A stretch of DNA of 64,000 nucleotides from Candidatus Latescibacterota bacterium (lineage in GTDB: Bacteria > Latescibacterota > UBA2968 > UBA8231). Below the pieces are notes generated by a model. The model was not told where the DNA came from, searched no databases, and saw only the letters and a program-made list of their open reading frames with translations. Of this stretch, positions 55,399 to 64,000 are shown in pieces (the stretch's first letter is position 1; each line of letters begins with the position of its first letter). The translations under genes and the position numbers were made by a program. Where the stretch lies: NCBI GenBank assembly GCA_020852055.1, contig JADZBP010000161.1, positions 9,493 through 73,492 of the forward strand, read 5' to 3'.

Positions 55399-55399
55399 T

Positions 55400-56458
55400 T
55401 CAGATGATCTCCCGATCGTTGCGCCCCGGCAGGGCCGGGAAAGGCGCGTGTGGTAAGGTCTGGTACCAGTAGACCACGGCGGCGATGTCGTCCTGCAGGG
55501 GCAGATACCGGCCCTCCGAACGCCAGCCGATGGCCTGCATGGTCACCCGCAGCTCCTGTTTGAAGAAGACCGGGTCGCAGACGTGGAAGCGGTACAGGGT
55601 CATGCGCGCCCCCACCTCCCCCGATTTCTTGATCACCTGCTTGTAGCCCAGATAGGGCGCCGAGAAATCGTCGCCAAAACCCCAGGCTCCGCCGAAATAA
55701 TCCTCGGTGCCGGTGCCGCAGATGGTGGGGAACTTCCCGTCCCCGTCGAGGAACATCTTGATCTCCCCCTCGCCCCACCAGCCGGCGTTGTTCTGCTGCC
55801 AGGCCATGAAGGTGCCCACGTACTGGCCCTGCCCTTTGATGCCGTCCACCATCACGTAGTCGGTGCCGTACTGCAGGGGGTTGGTGCGGCGCCACTGGGC
55901 GTGGAAGTAGAGGGCGTCGGGGTCCACCTCTTCGAGGGTGTAGTTGATGGTGTAGAAGAAATGGGGCAGATCGACCGGCGAGTCGTTCTCCACGGTGATG
56001 CGCGCGTGTTGGCGGAAGGGCATGGGGAAGTAGCAGTTCATGCCGCCGCTGGGATTGACGTTGATGGGTTGGGCCACGATGGCCTGGCGGGTGTTCCACG
56101 AGTTGCAGAAGAAATCGCCCACCGGCGCCTCCACCGAGGGGGTGGTGTCGCCGTCCCAGTACACCCGCACGATCACGTGGCGGTACCAGCGCGGGTCGAG
56201 GGTGATCCAGATATGGCGGATCACGCCGGGACCTTCGTTGTCCATGATTGCCACCGTCTTGCCAGCCGGCAATTCCAGGCAGGGAGAGACCTTCCAGGTC
56301 TGGCCCAGCTCGCGGGCGGCGTTGGCGCAGCCCTGGTGCAGGGTGGTCTCGGCGGTGGCCATGCCGCCTTTGCCCTTCTCGCCGCGGAAGTTTTCGGCCG
56401 AAAGGGAGCGCGATTCGGCGCGCCGCTTTTTATAGATGTTGGATAGGTCGATTTCCAT
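55400..56458 (-). CDS. DUF2961 / GH172 family protein
   Basis: Start at MEIDLSNIYKK (ATG 56458). Has NCYFPMPF, YFHAQW and GTGTEDYFGGAWGF, characteristic of DUF2961. Confidence 0.8.
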   Translation of the reverse strand: MEIDLSNIYKKRRAESRSLSAENFRGEKGKGGMATAETTLHQGCANAARELGQTWKVSPCLELPAGKTVAIMDNEGPGVIRHIWITLDPRWYRHVIVRVYWDGDTTPSVEAPVGDFFCNSWNTRQAIVAQPINVNPSGGMNCYFPMPFRQHARITVENDSPVDLPHFFYTINYTLEEVDPDALYFHAQWRRTNPLQYGTDYVMVDGIKGQGQYVGTFMAWQQNNAGWWGEGEIKMFLDGDGKFPTICGTGTEDYFGGAWGFGDDFSAPYLGYKQVIKKSGEVGARMTLYRFHVCDPVFFKQELRVTMQAIGWRSEGRYLPLQDDIAAVVYWYQTLPHAPFPALPGRNDREII

Positions 56459-56531
56459 CTCGTCATCTCCTTTTCCCGGCCCCGTGCCGGGCGGGGGTCT
56501 CCGGGCAAGATATCCCCTGCCGGCGACCGGG

Positions 56532-57497
56532 TCAACCGCTCCGGGCGGCAACCGGCTCGGCGGCCAGGACCGGGGCCTTGGCCTTGGGCCGCAGCAGCGA
56601 GAGGACGATGGAACCGCCGATCAGGAGCACCACCACACCCAGCGAAACCCCGATGGGAATCTTGTAGAGATCGACCAGCAGCATCTTGGCGCCGACGAAG
56701 GCCAGTACCAGAGCCAGGCCGGTCTTCAGGTGGTGGAATTTTTCCACTACTCCAGACAGGACGAAAAAGAGCGAGCGCAGCCCGAGGATGGCGAAGATGT
56801 TGGAGGTGAAGACGATGAAGGGGTCCTTGGTGACGGCGAAGATGGCCGGGATCGAGTCGATGGCAAAGACCAGGTCGGTGCCCTCCACCAGCACCAGCAC
56901 CAGCAGCAGCGGGGTGGCCAGCCAGCGGCCGCCCTCGCGGACCAGGAACTGGCTGCCCCGGTAGTCGTCCACCGCCGGCACGTAGCGCTTGAAGAGGCGG
57001 TAGAGCGGATTGCGCTCCGGGTGCATCTCGGCGTTCTGGTGCATGAGCAGGCGGATACCGGTCACGACCAGCAGCCCGCCGAAGATATAGATCACCCAGT
57101 GGAACTCCTGGAGCAGGGCCGAACCCAGGGCGATGAAGATCGCCCGCATGACCAGCGCCCCCAGCACGCCCCAGAAGAGCACCCGGTGCTGCAGGGCGGG
57201 GGGCACCGAGAAGTAGGCGAAGAGCACCAGGAAGACGAAGATATTGTCCACCGAGAGAGCCATCTCGATGAGATAGCCGGTGGCGAACTCCAGGGCCTTC
57301 TCGGCGCCGTACCAGTGATAGATGCCGGCGTTGAAGAGCCCGGCCAGCCCGACGCAGACCAGGCTCCAATTGAGGGCTTCCCTGAAGCTGACCACGTGGG
57401 CATTGCGGTGGAAGACCCCCAGGTCGAGGGCCAGCATGCCCAGCACAAAGGCGGTGAAGCCGATCCATACCCAGGGAGAGACACTCAGTACTTCCAT
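56532..57497 (-). CDS. TerC family integral membrane protein
   Basis: ATG 57497 (the track start at 57500 is a TTG), AGGAAG RBS. Has YLIEMALSVDNIFVF and AIDSIPAIFAVT, the two TerC signature repeats. Confidence 0.85.
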   Translation of the reverse strand: MEVLSVSPWVWIGFTAFVLGMLALDLGVFHRNAHVVSFREALNWSLVCVGLAGLFNAGIYHWYGAEKALEFATGYLIEMALSVDNIFVFLVLFAYFSVPPALQHRVLFWGVLGALVMRAIFIALGSALLQEFHWVIYIFGGLLVVTGIRLLMHQNAEMHPERNPLYRLFKRYVPAVDDYRGSQFLVREGGRWLATPLLLVLVLVEGTDLVFAIDSIPAIFAVTKDPFIVFTSNIFAILGLRSLFFVLSGVVEKFHHLKTGLALVLAFVGAKMLLVDLYKIPIGVSLGVVVLLIGGSIVLSLLRPKAKAPVLAAEPVAARSG

Positions 57498-57529
57498 CAA
57501 CTTCCTTTCAGCGGGATAGGGCGTAGGGT

Positions 57530-57555
57530 GCGCCTGGCCACGGGAGGCCAGGCGC
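57530..57555 (-). terminator. GC hairpin downstream of the HPF-like gene (possible terminator)
   Basis: 10-bp stem GCGCCTGGCC/GGCCAGGCGC with a 6-nt loop and no U-tract. Confidence 0.3.
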
Positions 57556-57630
57556 TACGGGGGTCAGGCGGCGAAAAGGCTGGCGCTGGCCGGGGCCACA
57601 GCGGCGGGCATCACCTGGTTCATCATGGTT

Positions 57631-57972
57631 TCAGGCCTCATGGTGAATGGGGATGGGGATTCTCTGCGCGTCGCGCTGGCGCGAAAGCTGGCGGGCAAGG
57701 GCCCGTCCCACCCGTTCGGCGGCGCGGCTGATGGCGGCGTACAGGTAGCTCTGGGTATCCTCGACGATGAGCCGGCCGCCGGATACCAGGCTCACCTCCA
57801 CCCGGCAGCACTGGTCCACTCCGCCGCGCGGGCCGTTGAGGTCGGAGAGCTGGACCTTGACGGTGTTGACCTGCCGGCTGAAGCGGCCCAGGGCGAAACG
57901 CAGCCGCTTCTCGACGTGGTGGCGCAGGTTGGCCCCCACGCGGTGTTGGTTGGCACGCACTTCCATTTTCAT
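57631..57972 (-). CDS. HPF/RaiA (S30EA) family ribosome-associated protein, short form
   Basis: Start at MKMEVRANQ (ATG 57972). Has RHHVEKRLRFALGRFSRQVNTVKVQL and LYAAISRAAERV, typical of the family. Confidence 0.7.
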   Translation of the reverse strand: MKMEVRANQHRVGANLRHHVEKRLRFALGRFSRQVNTVKVQLSDLNGPRGGVDQCCRVEVSLVSGGRLIVEDTQSYLYAAISRAAERVGRALARQLSRQRDAQRIPIPIHHEA

Positions 57973-58016
57973 GGCAAAGGCTCCTGCTGGGGGTTGGATA
58001 ACCAACTACGCCAAAG

Positions 58017-58045
58017 AATATACCCGCGATCGGATGGCTTGAAAA
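58017..58045 (-). promoter_or_regulatory. candidate sigma-70 promoter of the HPF-like gene
   Basis: Minus strand reads TTTTCA-N17-TATATT, inside the most AT-rich stretch of the window. Confidence 0.4.
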
Positions 58046-58110
58046 ATAGATCATTCCGCATTTGTTCATCGTAAAAATAGATGTATAAATCACAGGTCGA
58101 CACGGCAGTC

Positions 58111-58138
58111 CGGCGGTGCCGAAACGGCACTTCCGCCG
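58111..58138 (-). terminator. hairpin downstream of potD (possible terminator)
   Basis: GTGCCG-AAA-CGGCAC extended by CGGCG/CGCCG with a 3-nt bulge. No U-tract. Confidence 0.3.
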
Positions 58139-58195
58139 AGGCCTGGTTGGCGGGTCGGTTGGTGAAGTCAGGGGCGGTTCAGGGGAGAGGCTGAC

Positions 58196-59248
58196 TCAGC
58201 GGCTTTTGACTTCGGTCCACACTTCGTCGTACAGGCGCACCTGTTCGCCCACCTCGCGCTGGTACTCGAGGTGCGAGAGCACCTCCGGGGCAGGGTAGAG
58301 CACCGGGTTCTCCAGATCCTCCTTGGGCAGGAGGGCGCGGGCGGCCTGGTTCGGGCTGGCATAGCGGGTGAAACGCGAGAGCTGCGCCCCCACCTGGGCG
58401 TCGAGCAGGTAGTTGATGAACTGGTGCGCCGCCTCCGGGTTGGGCGCCTGGGCCGGGATCACCATCACGTCGGCCCAGACGATGGAGCCCTCGCTGGGTA
58501 CCACATAGGCCAGTTCGCCCCTGAGATCTTCCTCGATGGCCCGCAGCGCATCCCCGCTCCAAACGACAGCCAGGTCGGCCAGGCCCGCAGCGACCTTGTT
58601 CTTGCCGCCCACACCCCCCTCACAACCCCGCGACCTGGCGTTCCTCTTGGCCTCCAGCACCAGCTGGCCGGCCCGACGCAGCTGCTCCGGATCGGTGCTG
58701 TTGGCCGAGTGCCCCAGAAAGATCAGGGCTGCCCCCAACTGGTCGCGCATCTCGTCGATGAGCACGAAGCTCCCCCGCACCCGGGCCGGGTCGAAGAGCA
58801 GCCCCCACGAGGGATCGAGATCGGGGAGTTTGGTTTTGTTGTAAAGCAGGCCGACGGTGCCCCACTGATAGGCCAGGCTGTAGCGGTTGCCCGGGTCGTA
58901 GGCTGGATCTATGAAGAGGGCGTCGAGGTTATTGCGATTGGGGATACGGCCCTGGTCGAGGGCCTGGACCAGCTTCAGTTGCACCAGGGTGGGCACCAGC
59001 ATGTTGGAGACCACTGCCAGATCGTACTGACGGTGGCCGCCGGCGTGCTGGAGCTTGGCCAGCATCTCCTCCGAGGACTCGTATACCGAGACATTGACCT
59101 TCACCCCGGTCTTGGCCGCGAAGTCGGCGGGGATCTGGGGATCGATATACTCGGACCACATGTACAGATTCAGTTTGCGGGGTGGGGCGGGTGCCTCTTT
59201 CGGGCCGCAGCCGGCCAGGAGGAGGAGCAGCAGGGGGAGGAGGCGCAT
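58196..59248 (-). CDS. potD: spermidine/putrescine ABC transporter substrate-binding lipoprotein
   Basis: 350 aa. Lipobox LLLLAGC. PotD/PotF-like (LNLYMWSEYI, YQWGTVGLLYN). Last gene of a potABCD-ordered operon. Confidence 0.85.
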   Translation of the reverse strand: MRLLPLLLLLLAGCGPKEAPAPPRKLNLYMWSEYIDPQIPADFAAKTGVKVNVSVYESSEEMLAKLQHAGGHRQYDLAVVSNMLVPTLVQLKLVQALDQGRIPNRNNLDALFIDPAYDPGNRYSLAYQWGTVGLLYNKTKLPDLDPSWGLLFDPARVRGSFVLIDEMRDQLGAALIFLGHSANSTDPEQLRRAGQLVLEAKRNARSRGCEGGVGGKNKVAAGLADLAVVWSGDALRAIEEDLRGELAYVVPSEGSIVWADVMVIPAQAPNPEAAHQFINYLLDAQVGAQLSRFTRYASPNQAARALLPKEDLENPVLYPAPEVLSHLEYQREVGEQVRLYDEVWTEVKSR

Positions 59249-59249
59249 C

Positions 59250-60038
59250 TCAGGTCTCTTTCCACGCCAGGCGCTGCAGCCCCAGGACCAGGGCGGCGCT
59301 GGCGAAGAGGATCAGGGTGGAGAGGGCGTGCAGCTCGGGGCTGAGGCCGCGGCGCAGGGAGGCGTAGATGTAGATGGCCAGGGTGTCGGAGTGGGGGCCG
59401 GCGGTGAAGAAGCTGATGGCGAAGTCGTCGAGGGAGAGGGTGAAGGCCAGCAGCGCCCCGGCGGCGATACCCGGCCAGAGCAGGGGCAGGGTGACGCGCC
59501 AGAAGAGCTGCCCCGAACTGGCGTACAGGTCGCGGGCCGCCTCGCTGAGGGTGGGCCCGATGAGGGCTAGCCGGCTGCGCACCACCAGGGCCACGAAGGA
59601 GAGCTGAAAGGTGACGTGGCCGATGACCATGGTGGGCAGGCCCAGTTCGAAGCCGGCCCACAGGGCGCGCACCAGGGCAAAGGCCACCACCAGCGCGGCG
59701 GCAAAAACCAGATCCGGGGTCACCACCGGCAGGTCCACCACGGCTTCGAGCAGGCGGCGGGTGCGCCGGGTCCAGGGGTACCGCTCCAGGGCCAGGGCCA
59801 GCAGGGTGCCCAGGATGGTGGAGAGGGTGGTGGAGAGCAGGGCCAGGACCAGGGTGTTGCGCGCCGCCTGCAAGATCGCCTCGTGGTGAAAGAGGCGGGC
59901 GTACCAGTCGAGGGTGAAACCCTGCCAGACCAGGCCGATGCGGGCGGCGTTGACCGAGTAGATGGCCACGGCCAGCAGGGGCAGATAGAGCAGGGCCAGG
60001 GCCAGGGCCACGGTGGCGACCAGCAGCGGAGCCCTCAC
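59250..60038 (-). CDS. potC: spermidine/putrescine ABC transporter permease
   Basis: GTG start overlapping the potB stop (GTGA). 6-TM permease with the EAA loop (SEAARDLYASSGQLFWRVTLP). Confidence 0.85.
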   Translation of the reverse strand: MRAPLLVATVALALALLYLPLLAVAIYSVNAARIGLVWQGFTLDWYARLFHHEAILQAARNTLVLALLSTTLSTILGTLLALALERYPWTRRTRRLLEAVVDLPVVTPDLVFAAALVVAFALVRALWAGFELGLPTMVIGHVTFQLSFVALVVRSRLALIGPTLSEAARDLYASSGQLFWRVTLPLLWPGIAAGALLAFTLSLDDFAISFFTAGPHSDTLAIYIYASLRRGLSPELHALSTLILFASAALVLGLQRLAWKET

Positions 60039-60889
60039 AGCAGTTCCATCCCTTTGTTATGGCGGCGGTAGAAGTACAGACCGCCAAGGGTGAGCAGGAT
60101 GAGCACCAGGCTGAGGGCGGCGCCAAAGGGATAGTCGCGGCTGGCGCTGAACTGCTGCTGGATCACATTGCCCACCAGCATGAAGGAGGCCCCGCCCAGG
60201 CGGTCGGCGATGGCGAAGATGCCCAGGGCCGGCACGAAGGTGAGCACCACGGCGGCGCTCAGGCCCGGCAGGGTCTGCGGCACGATCACCTGCAGAAAGA
60301 CCCGCCGGTCCGAGGCGTACAGATCGCGGGCGGCCTCCACCTGCGACCAGTTGAGACGCTCCACGTTGGTGTACAGGGGCAGGACCGCAAAGGGCAGCGA
60401 ATAGGAGATCATGCCCAGATATACCCCCAGGGCGCCGGGATAGAGGGCCTCCCCTGGCGCGATCAGCCCCAGGAGTGCGGCCAGGCGCGCCAGGGGCAAC
60501 TGGGGCGAGAGCAGCAGCTCCCAGGCATAGGTGCGGATGATCAGGTTGGTGCACAGGGGGATGGCGATCAGGGCCAGGGCCAGGGCGCGGCGGCGTGATC
60601 CCAGGCCGGCCATGAAGAAGGCCAGCGGGTAGGCCAGGCCCACCGAAAAGAAGGTCACCACCGTCGCCAGCCAGAGACTGCGGGCCAGGATGTAGAAGTA
60701 GGCCGGGGACCAGCCCAGGGCGCCAAAGCCGGCGAGCCGGCGGAAGTTTTCTCCGGTGAAATTCCAGATCACCTGGCCGTACGGGTCGCGGCCGGCAAAG
60801 GCCATGGCGCCCACCAGCAGCGAGGGCAGTACCAGGAAGAGCAGCAGCCAGAGCAGGCCGCCTCCGGCGCAGGACCAGGCCTCGCGCAT
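60035..60889 (-). CDS. potB: spermidine/putrescine ABC transporter permease (start uncertain: 60889 or 61105)
   Basis: Permease core with the EAA loop (VEAARDLYASDRRVFLQVIVP). The conservative start is MREAWSC (ATG 60889). The frame stays open up to ATG 61105, which overlaps the potA stop, but that extension is encoded by the element with inverted ends. Confidence 0.8.
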   Translation of the reverse strand: MREAWSCAGGGLLWLLLFLVLPSLLVGAMAFAGRDPYGQVIWNFTGENFRRLAGFGALGWSPAYFYILARSLWLATVVTFFSVGLAYPLAFFMAGLGSRRRALALALIAIPLCTNLIIRTYAWELLLSPQLPLARLAALLGLIAPGEALYPGALGVYLGMISYSLPFAVLPLYTNVERLNWSQVEAARDLYASDRRVFLQVIVPQTLPGLSAAVVLTFVPALGIFAIADRLGGASFMLVGNVIQQQFSASRDYPFGAALSLVLILLTLGGLYFYRRHNKGMELL

Positions 60890-60928
60890 CAGCCGGCGGC
60901 GGGTGGTCAGCCGGCCCTGCCACACTAT

Positions 60929-61092
60929 GAGCCTATACGGAAGTACCAATTTGGGCTGCGCCCGGCTGCGAGCGCCGTGGTCGGCGTTGCCCTCAGTCGG
61001 CAGATCTTCCTTCAGAGATATGCCTCCTTCGGGCGCCTTACCCACGGTGCTCTCGCTCGGGCTCGCCGACAAAGCGAACTTCCGTATAGGCT
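60929..61092. mobile_element. 164-nt MITE-like element with perfect 16-bp terminal inverted repeats
   Basis: GAGCCTATACGGAAGT at 60929-60944 and its exact reverse complement ACTTCCGTATAGGCTC at 61077-61092. The interior carries family-B-like boxes (CTCCTTCGGGCGCC, CTCTCGCTCGGGCTCGCC). Confidence 0.5.
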
Positions 61093-61097
61093 CTTGC

Positions 61098-62207
61098 TCA
61101 GCCATGTAATGCTTCGAGATGTTCGGGGGGCAGGTACAGCCACAGGGTGTGGCCCCGCTGCAACAGGGCCGAGGGAGCGGTACGCAGGCGCAGGGTACCG
61201 GGTTCCACCACCACCTCGCAGTGGTCGCCCCGGTAGACCCAGTCGCTGACCGTGGCTGCCAGGCCGTTGATCGCGGGGGCTTCGGGGCAGACCGCGATGC
61301 GTTCGGGCCGGATGGAGAGGGTGCCGGCCTGCCAGGGCGGGGGCTGCCGCAGGGTGAGGGGGCCCAGCGAGGTCTCGACCACGTGGTCGTGGCCGTTGCG
61401 CCGGGCCTCGATCAGGTTGGCGCTGCCCAGGAACTGGGCGACGAAACGGGTGCGCGGTTGTTCGTAGACCTCGGCGGGGGTGCCGCTCTGGGCGATGCGG
61501 CCCTCCTCCATCACAAAGATGCGGTCGGCCACACTCATCGCTTCGGCCTGGTCGTGGGTGACCAGCACGAAGGTGGTGCCCAGGCGCTGCTGCAACTGGC
61601 GCAGCTCCAGCTGCATCTCGGCGCGCAGGCGGGCGTCGAGGGCCGAGAGCGGCTCGTCGAGCAAGAGCAGCAAGGGCTCGTTGACCAGGGCGCGGGCCAG
61701 GGCCACGCGCTGGCGCTGCCCGCCCGAGAGCTGGTGGGGCAGGCGGCCGGCCTGTTCCTCGAGGTGCACCAGCGCCAGGCCGCGGGCGACCTTGTCCTTC
61801 AGTTGGCCGTCTGGCAGGCCGCGGGCCCGCAGGCCAAAGGCGATGTTCTCGTAGACCGTGAGGTGGGGGAAGAGGGCATAGCTCTGGAAAACAGTGTTGA
61901 TGGGCCGGCGGTGCGCCGGCAGACTGTGCAGGGGGCGCCCCCCCAGCAGGACCTGGCCCTCGTCGGGCGATTCGAGGCCGGCCAGGATACGCAGCAAGGT
62001 CGTCTTGCCGCAACCCGAGGGCCCCAGCAGGGCGGCGAACTCGCCGCGCTGGACCTCGAGGCTGATCCGCTCCAGGGCCTGCACCGGGCCGAAGGATTTG
62101 CTCAGGCCCTCGACGGCGAGAAAAGGGCCGGCTCCCGAGGCCGCTGTCGCGCGCCATTCCTCCAGCGGATCGGTGTCCGCGCCTTTCAGGCCGAGCCAGC
62201 CGAGCAT
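61098..62207 (-). CDS. potA: spermidine/putrescine ABC transporter ATP-binding protein
   Basis: Start at MLGWLGLKG (ATG 62207). Walker A GPSGCGKTT, signature LSGGQRQR, Walker B LLLLDEPLS, and a C-terminal TOBE-like domain. Confidence 0.85.
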   Translation of the reverse strand: MLGWLGLKGADTDPLEEWRATAASGAGPFLAVEGLSKSFGPVQALERISLEVQRGEFAALLGPSGCGKTTLLRILAGLESPDEGQVLLGGRPLHSLPAHRRPINTVFQSYALFPHLTVYENIAFGLRARGLPDGQLKDKVARGLALVHLEEQAGRLPHQLSGGQRQRVALARALVNEPLLLLLDEPLSALDARLRAEMQLELRQLQQRLGTTFVLVTHDQAEAMSVADRIFVMEEGRIAQSGTPAEVYEQPRTRFVAQFLGSANLIEARRNGHDHVVETSLGPLTLRQPPPWQAGTLSIRPERIAVCPEAPAINGLAATVSDWVYRGDHCEVVVEPGTLRLRTAPSALLQRGHTLWLYLPPEHLEALHG

Positions 62208-62336
62208 GCCTGTTCCCGCGGTGTGTCTGCCATTGCCCCGGAGTCCTTTGATGGCGTGATTGTATCTCAATATATAGCCGCCGCAGGCCTTTGGAAATGA
62301 CCCGGCCCTGGCATTCCGCCCCCAGGAGAAGAAGCA

Positions 62337-64000
62337 GTGGCTCAGCCCTCTACCTTCCAGTTGCAGAACACCATCCTGCACGTCGAAGTGGATGCCACCC
62401 GGCTCCTGGTGCGCCGCTATCGCCACCTGCCTTCGGGCCAGCAGTTCGGTGGCGCCGGCGAGGCAGGCGTCCTGTGCCTCAACGGGCAGCCCGTCCCGTG
62501 GGCAGGATGGGAGATCGAGGCGGCCTGTACCGGCAACACGGTCAGCTACCGGATGCGGCTGAAGGGCGGCGAGCTGGCGGTGCGCTGGGAACTGGTGCTC
62601 GAGGAAAACGCGCTGGCCTTCCGCCTCGCGGCGGTACACGACCCGGAAGGGGAATTCATCCGCCTCGACTGGCAGGAACTGCCCTTGCTGGTCTGCGCCG
62701 ACCCGGCCTACAACTGCTGGCGCATGTTCACCAGCGCGCCCGACCCGCAGGCGGGACACAAGATGTGGGCCATGGATCAGCTGGGCCGGCCCGCGCCCGC
62801 GCCCCGGCCCCAGCCGGTGATCTACGGGGCGCTGTGGAACGGGGCGGTGTGCGCCTTCGCCGACAGCAACTATCCGCTCTTCCCTCTGACCCACCAGCAG
62901 CGGGAAGACGGCTCGTACACCATTGGCCTCAATACCTACCAGTACCGGGTGCGGCAGCAGACCCTGCCCCTGCTCGAAGCCCGGGTGGTGTTCCTGGGCG
63001 ACCTCAACGGCGACGGCCGGGCCGACCTGAGCGACTACCGCCTGTGGGTGAACCGCGCCCGGCCCCAGGGCGACCCGCTCTACGCCGATGCCATCGTCTA
63101 CAAGATCTTCATGCACTACGGCCCGCTGGGTACAGCTACGGATCTGGCCCAGGCCGAAGAGATCATCGGCGCGATCAACCGGGTCACCGACGGATTGCCG
63201 CAGGTGATCTATCTGGTGGGCCAGCAGGAAGGGGGCCACGACGGGGCCTATCCCACCCTGGAGGGCTTCAATCCCCATATTGGCACGCCGGAACAACTGC
63301 GTGCCCTGTCGCAGGCCTGTCCCCGCGCATACAACGCCCTACTCAGCTACCACGCCAATATCGACGACGCGTACCCGCACAGCCGGGACTGGGACGAGGC
63401 CTATATTGTGGCCGGCCAGGGCGGCGACCACCTGGTGATCCCCGGCTCGGTGTGCCACACCCGCGACGCGGAGACCGGGGCGGTCTTCCGCCGGCTGCAG
63501 CGCTTCATGGACTGTTTTCCGCTGGCCCGCACCCTGCACTTCGACAATCTGCGGCTCACCAATACCCTCAACCGGCCTGGCTGGGAGGAGATCGGGGTGT
63601 TGGAGGAGCTGGTCTGCGGGGTGATGCCGGTGGTGGACTGGTTGCGCCAGCGCGGCATCACCGTGACCACCGAGGGGTACAACGGCCTGCCCATCGACCC
63701 CGCCCTGATCGTCAGCGGTTTCTGGCACCACGACCCGCCCGATCGCATGCGACAGATCCTGCACCGGCGTATCTACGGCGGCGGCCGCGGCGACCACCTG
63801 GGCCGGGCCACCACCGCCGACTACGGCCTGTGCAACGCCATCCACATCGATATCACCTACAAACGCATGCCGCCCGAGGACCTGCCCGAGACCGTGCGGC
63901 GCGAGCATTTCAGCTGGCTGCCCACCGCCACCATGACCTGGTGCCTGGAGTCGCAGTGGCCACAGATCGTCGACTGCATCTACCTGGGGGTGCTGCTGCA
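62337..64000 (+). CDS. putative glycoside hydrolase, GH101-like (endo-alpha-N-acetylgalactosaminidase family), 3'-incomplete
   Basis: Not in the ORF track because it runs off the window end. GTG 62337 lies 8 nt after AGGAG, and the frame stays open with coding-type codon bias to 64000. Blocks such as VIYLVGQQEGGHDGAYP, SYHANIDDAYP and ITVTTEGYNG recall GH101-type barrels. The family call is tentative. Confidence 0.5.
   Translation, partial: MAQPSTFQLQNTILHVEVDATRLLVRRYRHLPSGQQFGGAGEAGVLCLNGQPVPWAGWEIEAACTGNTVSYRMRLKGGELAVRWELVLEENALAFRLAAVHDPEGEFIRLDWQELPLLVCADPAYNCWRMFTSAPDPQAGHKMWAMDQLGRPAPAPRPQPVIYGALWNGAVCAFADSNYPLFPLTHQQREDGSYTIGLNTYQYRVRQQTLPLLEARVVFLGDLNGDGRADLSDYRLWVNRARPQGDPLYADAIVYKIFMHYGPLGTATDLAQAEEIIGAINRVTDGLPQVIYLVGQQEGGHDGAYPTLEGFNPHIGTPEQLRALSQACPRAYNALLSYHANIDDAYPHSRDWDEAYIVAGQGGDHLVIPGSVCHTRDAETGAVFRRLQRFMDCFPLARTLHFDNLRLTNTLNRPGWEEIGVLEELVCGVMPVVDWLRQRGITVTTEGYNGLPIDPALIVSGFWHHDPPDRMRQILHRRIYGGGRGDHLGRATTADYGLCNAIHIDITYKRMPPEDLPETVRREHFSWLPTATMTWCLESQWPQIVDCIYLGVLL

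Noticed and set aside
57498-57630. Possible yybP-ykoY (Mn2+) riboswitch upstream of the TerC gene
   Set aside because: TerC/Alx genes often carry this riboswitch. However, the conserved GGGGAGUAG and UUGACA-type elements are absent on the minus strand. Only a simple GC hairpin is present.
58100-58140. Sigma-54 type -24/-12 promoter (GGCAC...CTGC) near the HPF-like gene
   Set aside because: The spacing between the GG and GC elements is two nt too long, and the TTGC core is not matched.

Overview
GC-rich (about two-thirds G+C by eye, strong G/C third-codon bias), densely coding bacterial chromosomal segment; I cannot assign a taxon. About 60 genes are supportable. They include an ECF sigma/anti-sigma pair, comEC and yhbY. 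Sugar and oxidoreductase functions are common: four Gfo/Idh/MocA genes, DUF1080, cupins, two PhyH dioxygenases, GH29 fucosidase, DUF2961/GH172, a propeller GH-like protein and a partial GH101-like gene. There is also a CUT1-type ABC importer with an SBP-permease fusion, polyamine genes (aguBA, potABCD), a class D beta-lactamase homologue, and an asymmetric heterodimeric ABC exporter translationally coupled to a TetM/TetO-like GTPase. An EndoQ-like PHP nuclease is fused to a UvrD helicase. A lower-GC islet (about 25.0-29.5 kb) carries a nucleotidyltransferase cassette, an orphan HicB, a decayed type I R-M system and Phd/Doc. Two MazEF-type modules lie elsewhere. No rRNA, tRNA, CRISPR array, transposase or integrase was seen. 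The most unusual signals are non-coding. A two-copy structured element sits 25-28 nt upstream of start codons and shows compensatory base-pair changes. A mosaic C-rich repeat family (CCCTCGCTC / CCTTCGGGGC boxes) has one copy read in frame inside the helicase gene. A 164-nt element with inverted ends lies in the 5' end of potB. A 38-bp direct duplication brackets a mazEF cassette. Many long ORFs in the six-frame track are antisense artefacts of the high GC content.
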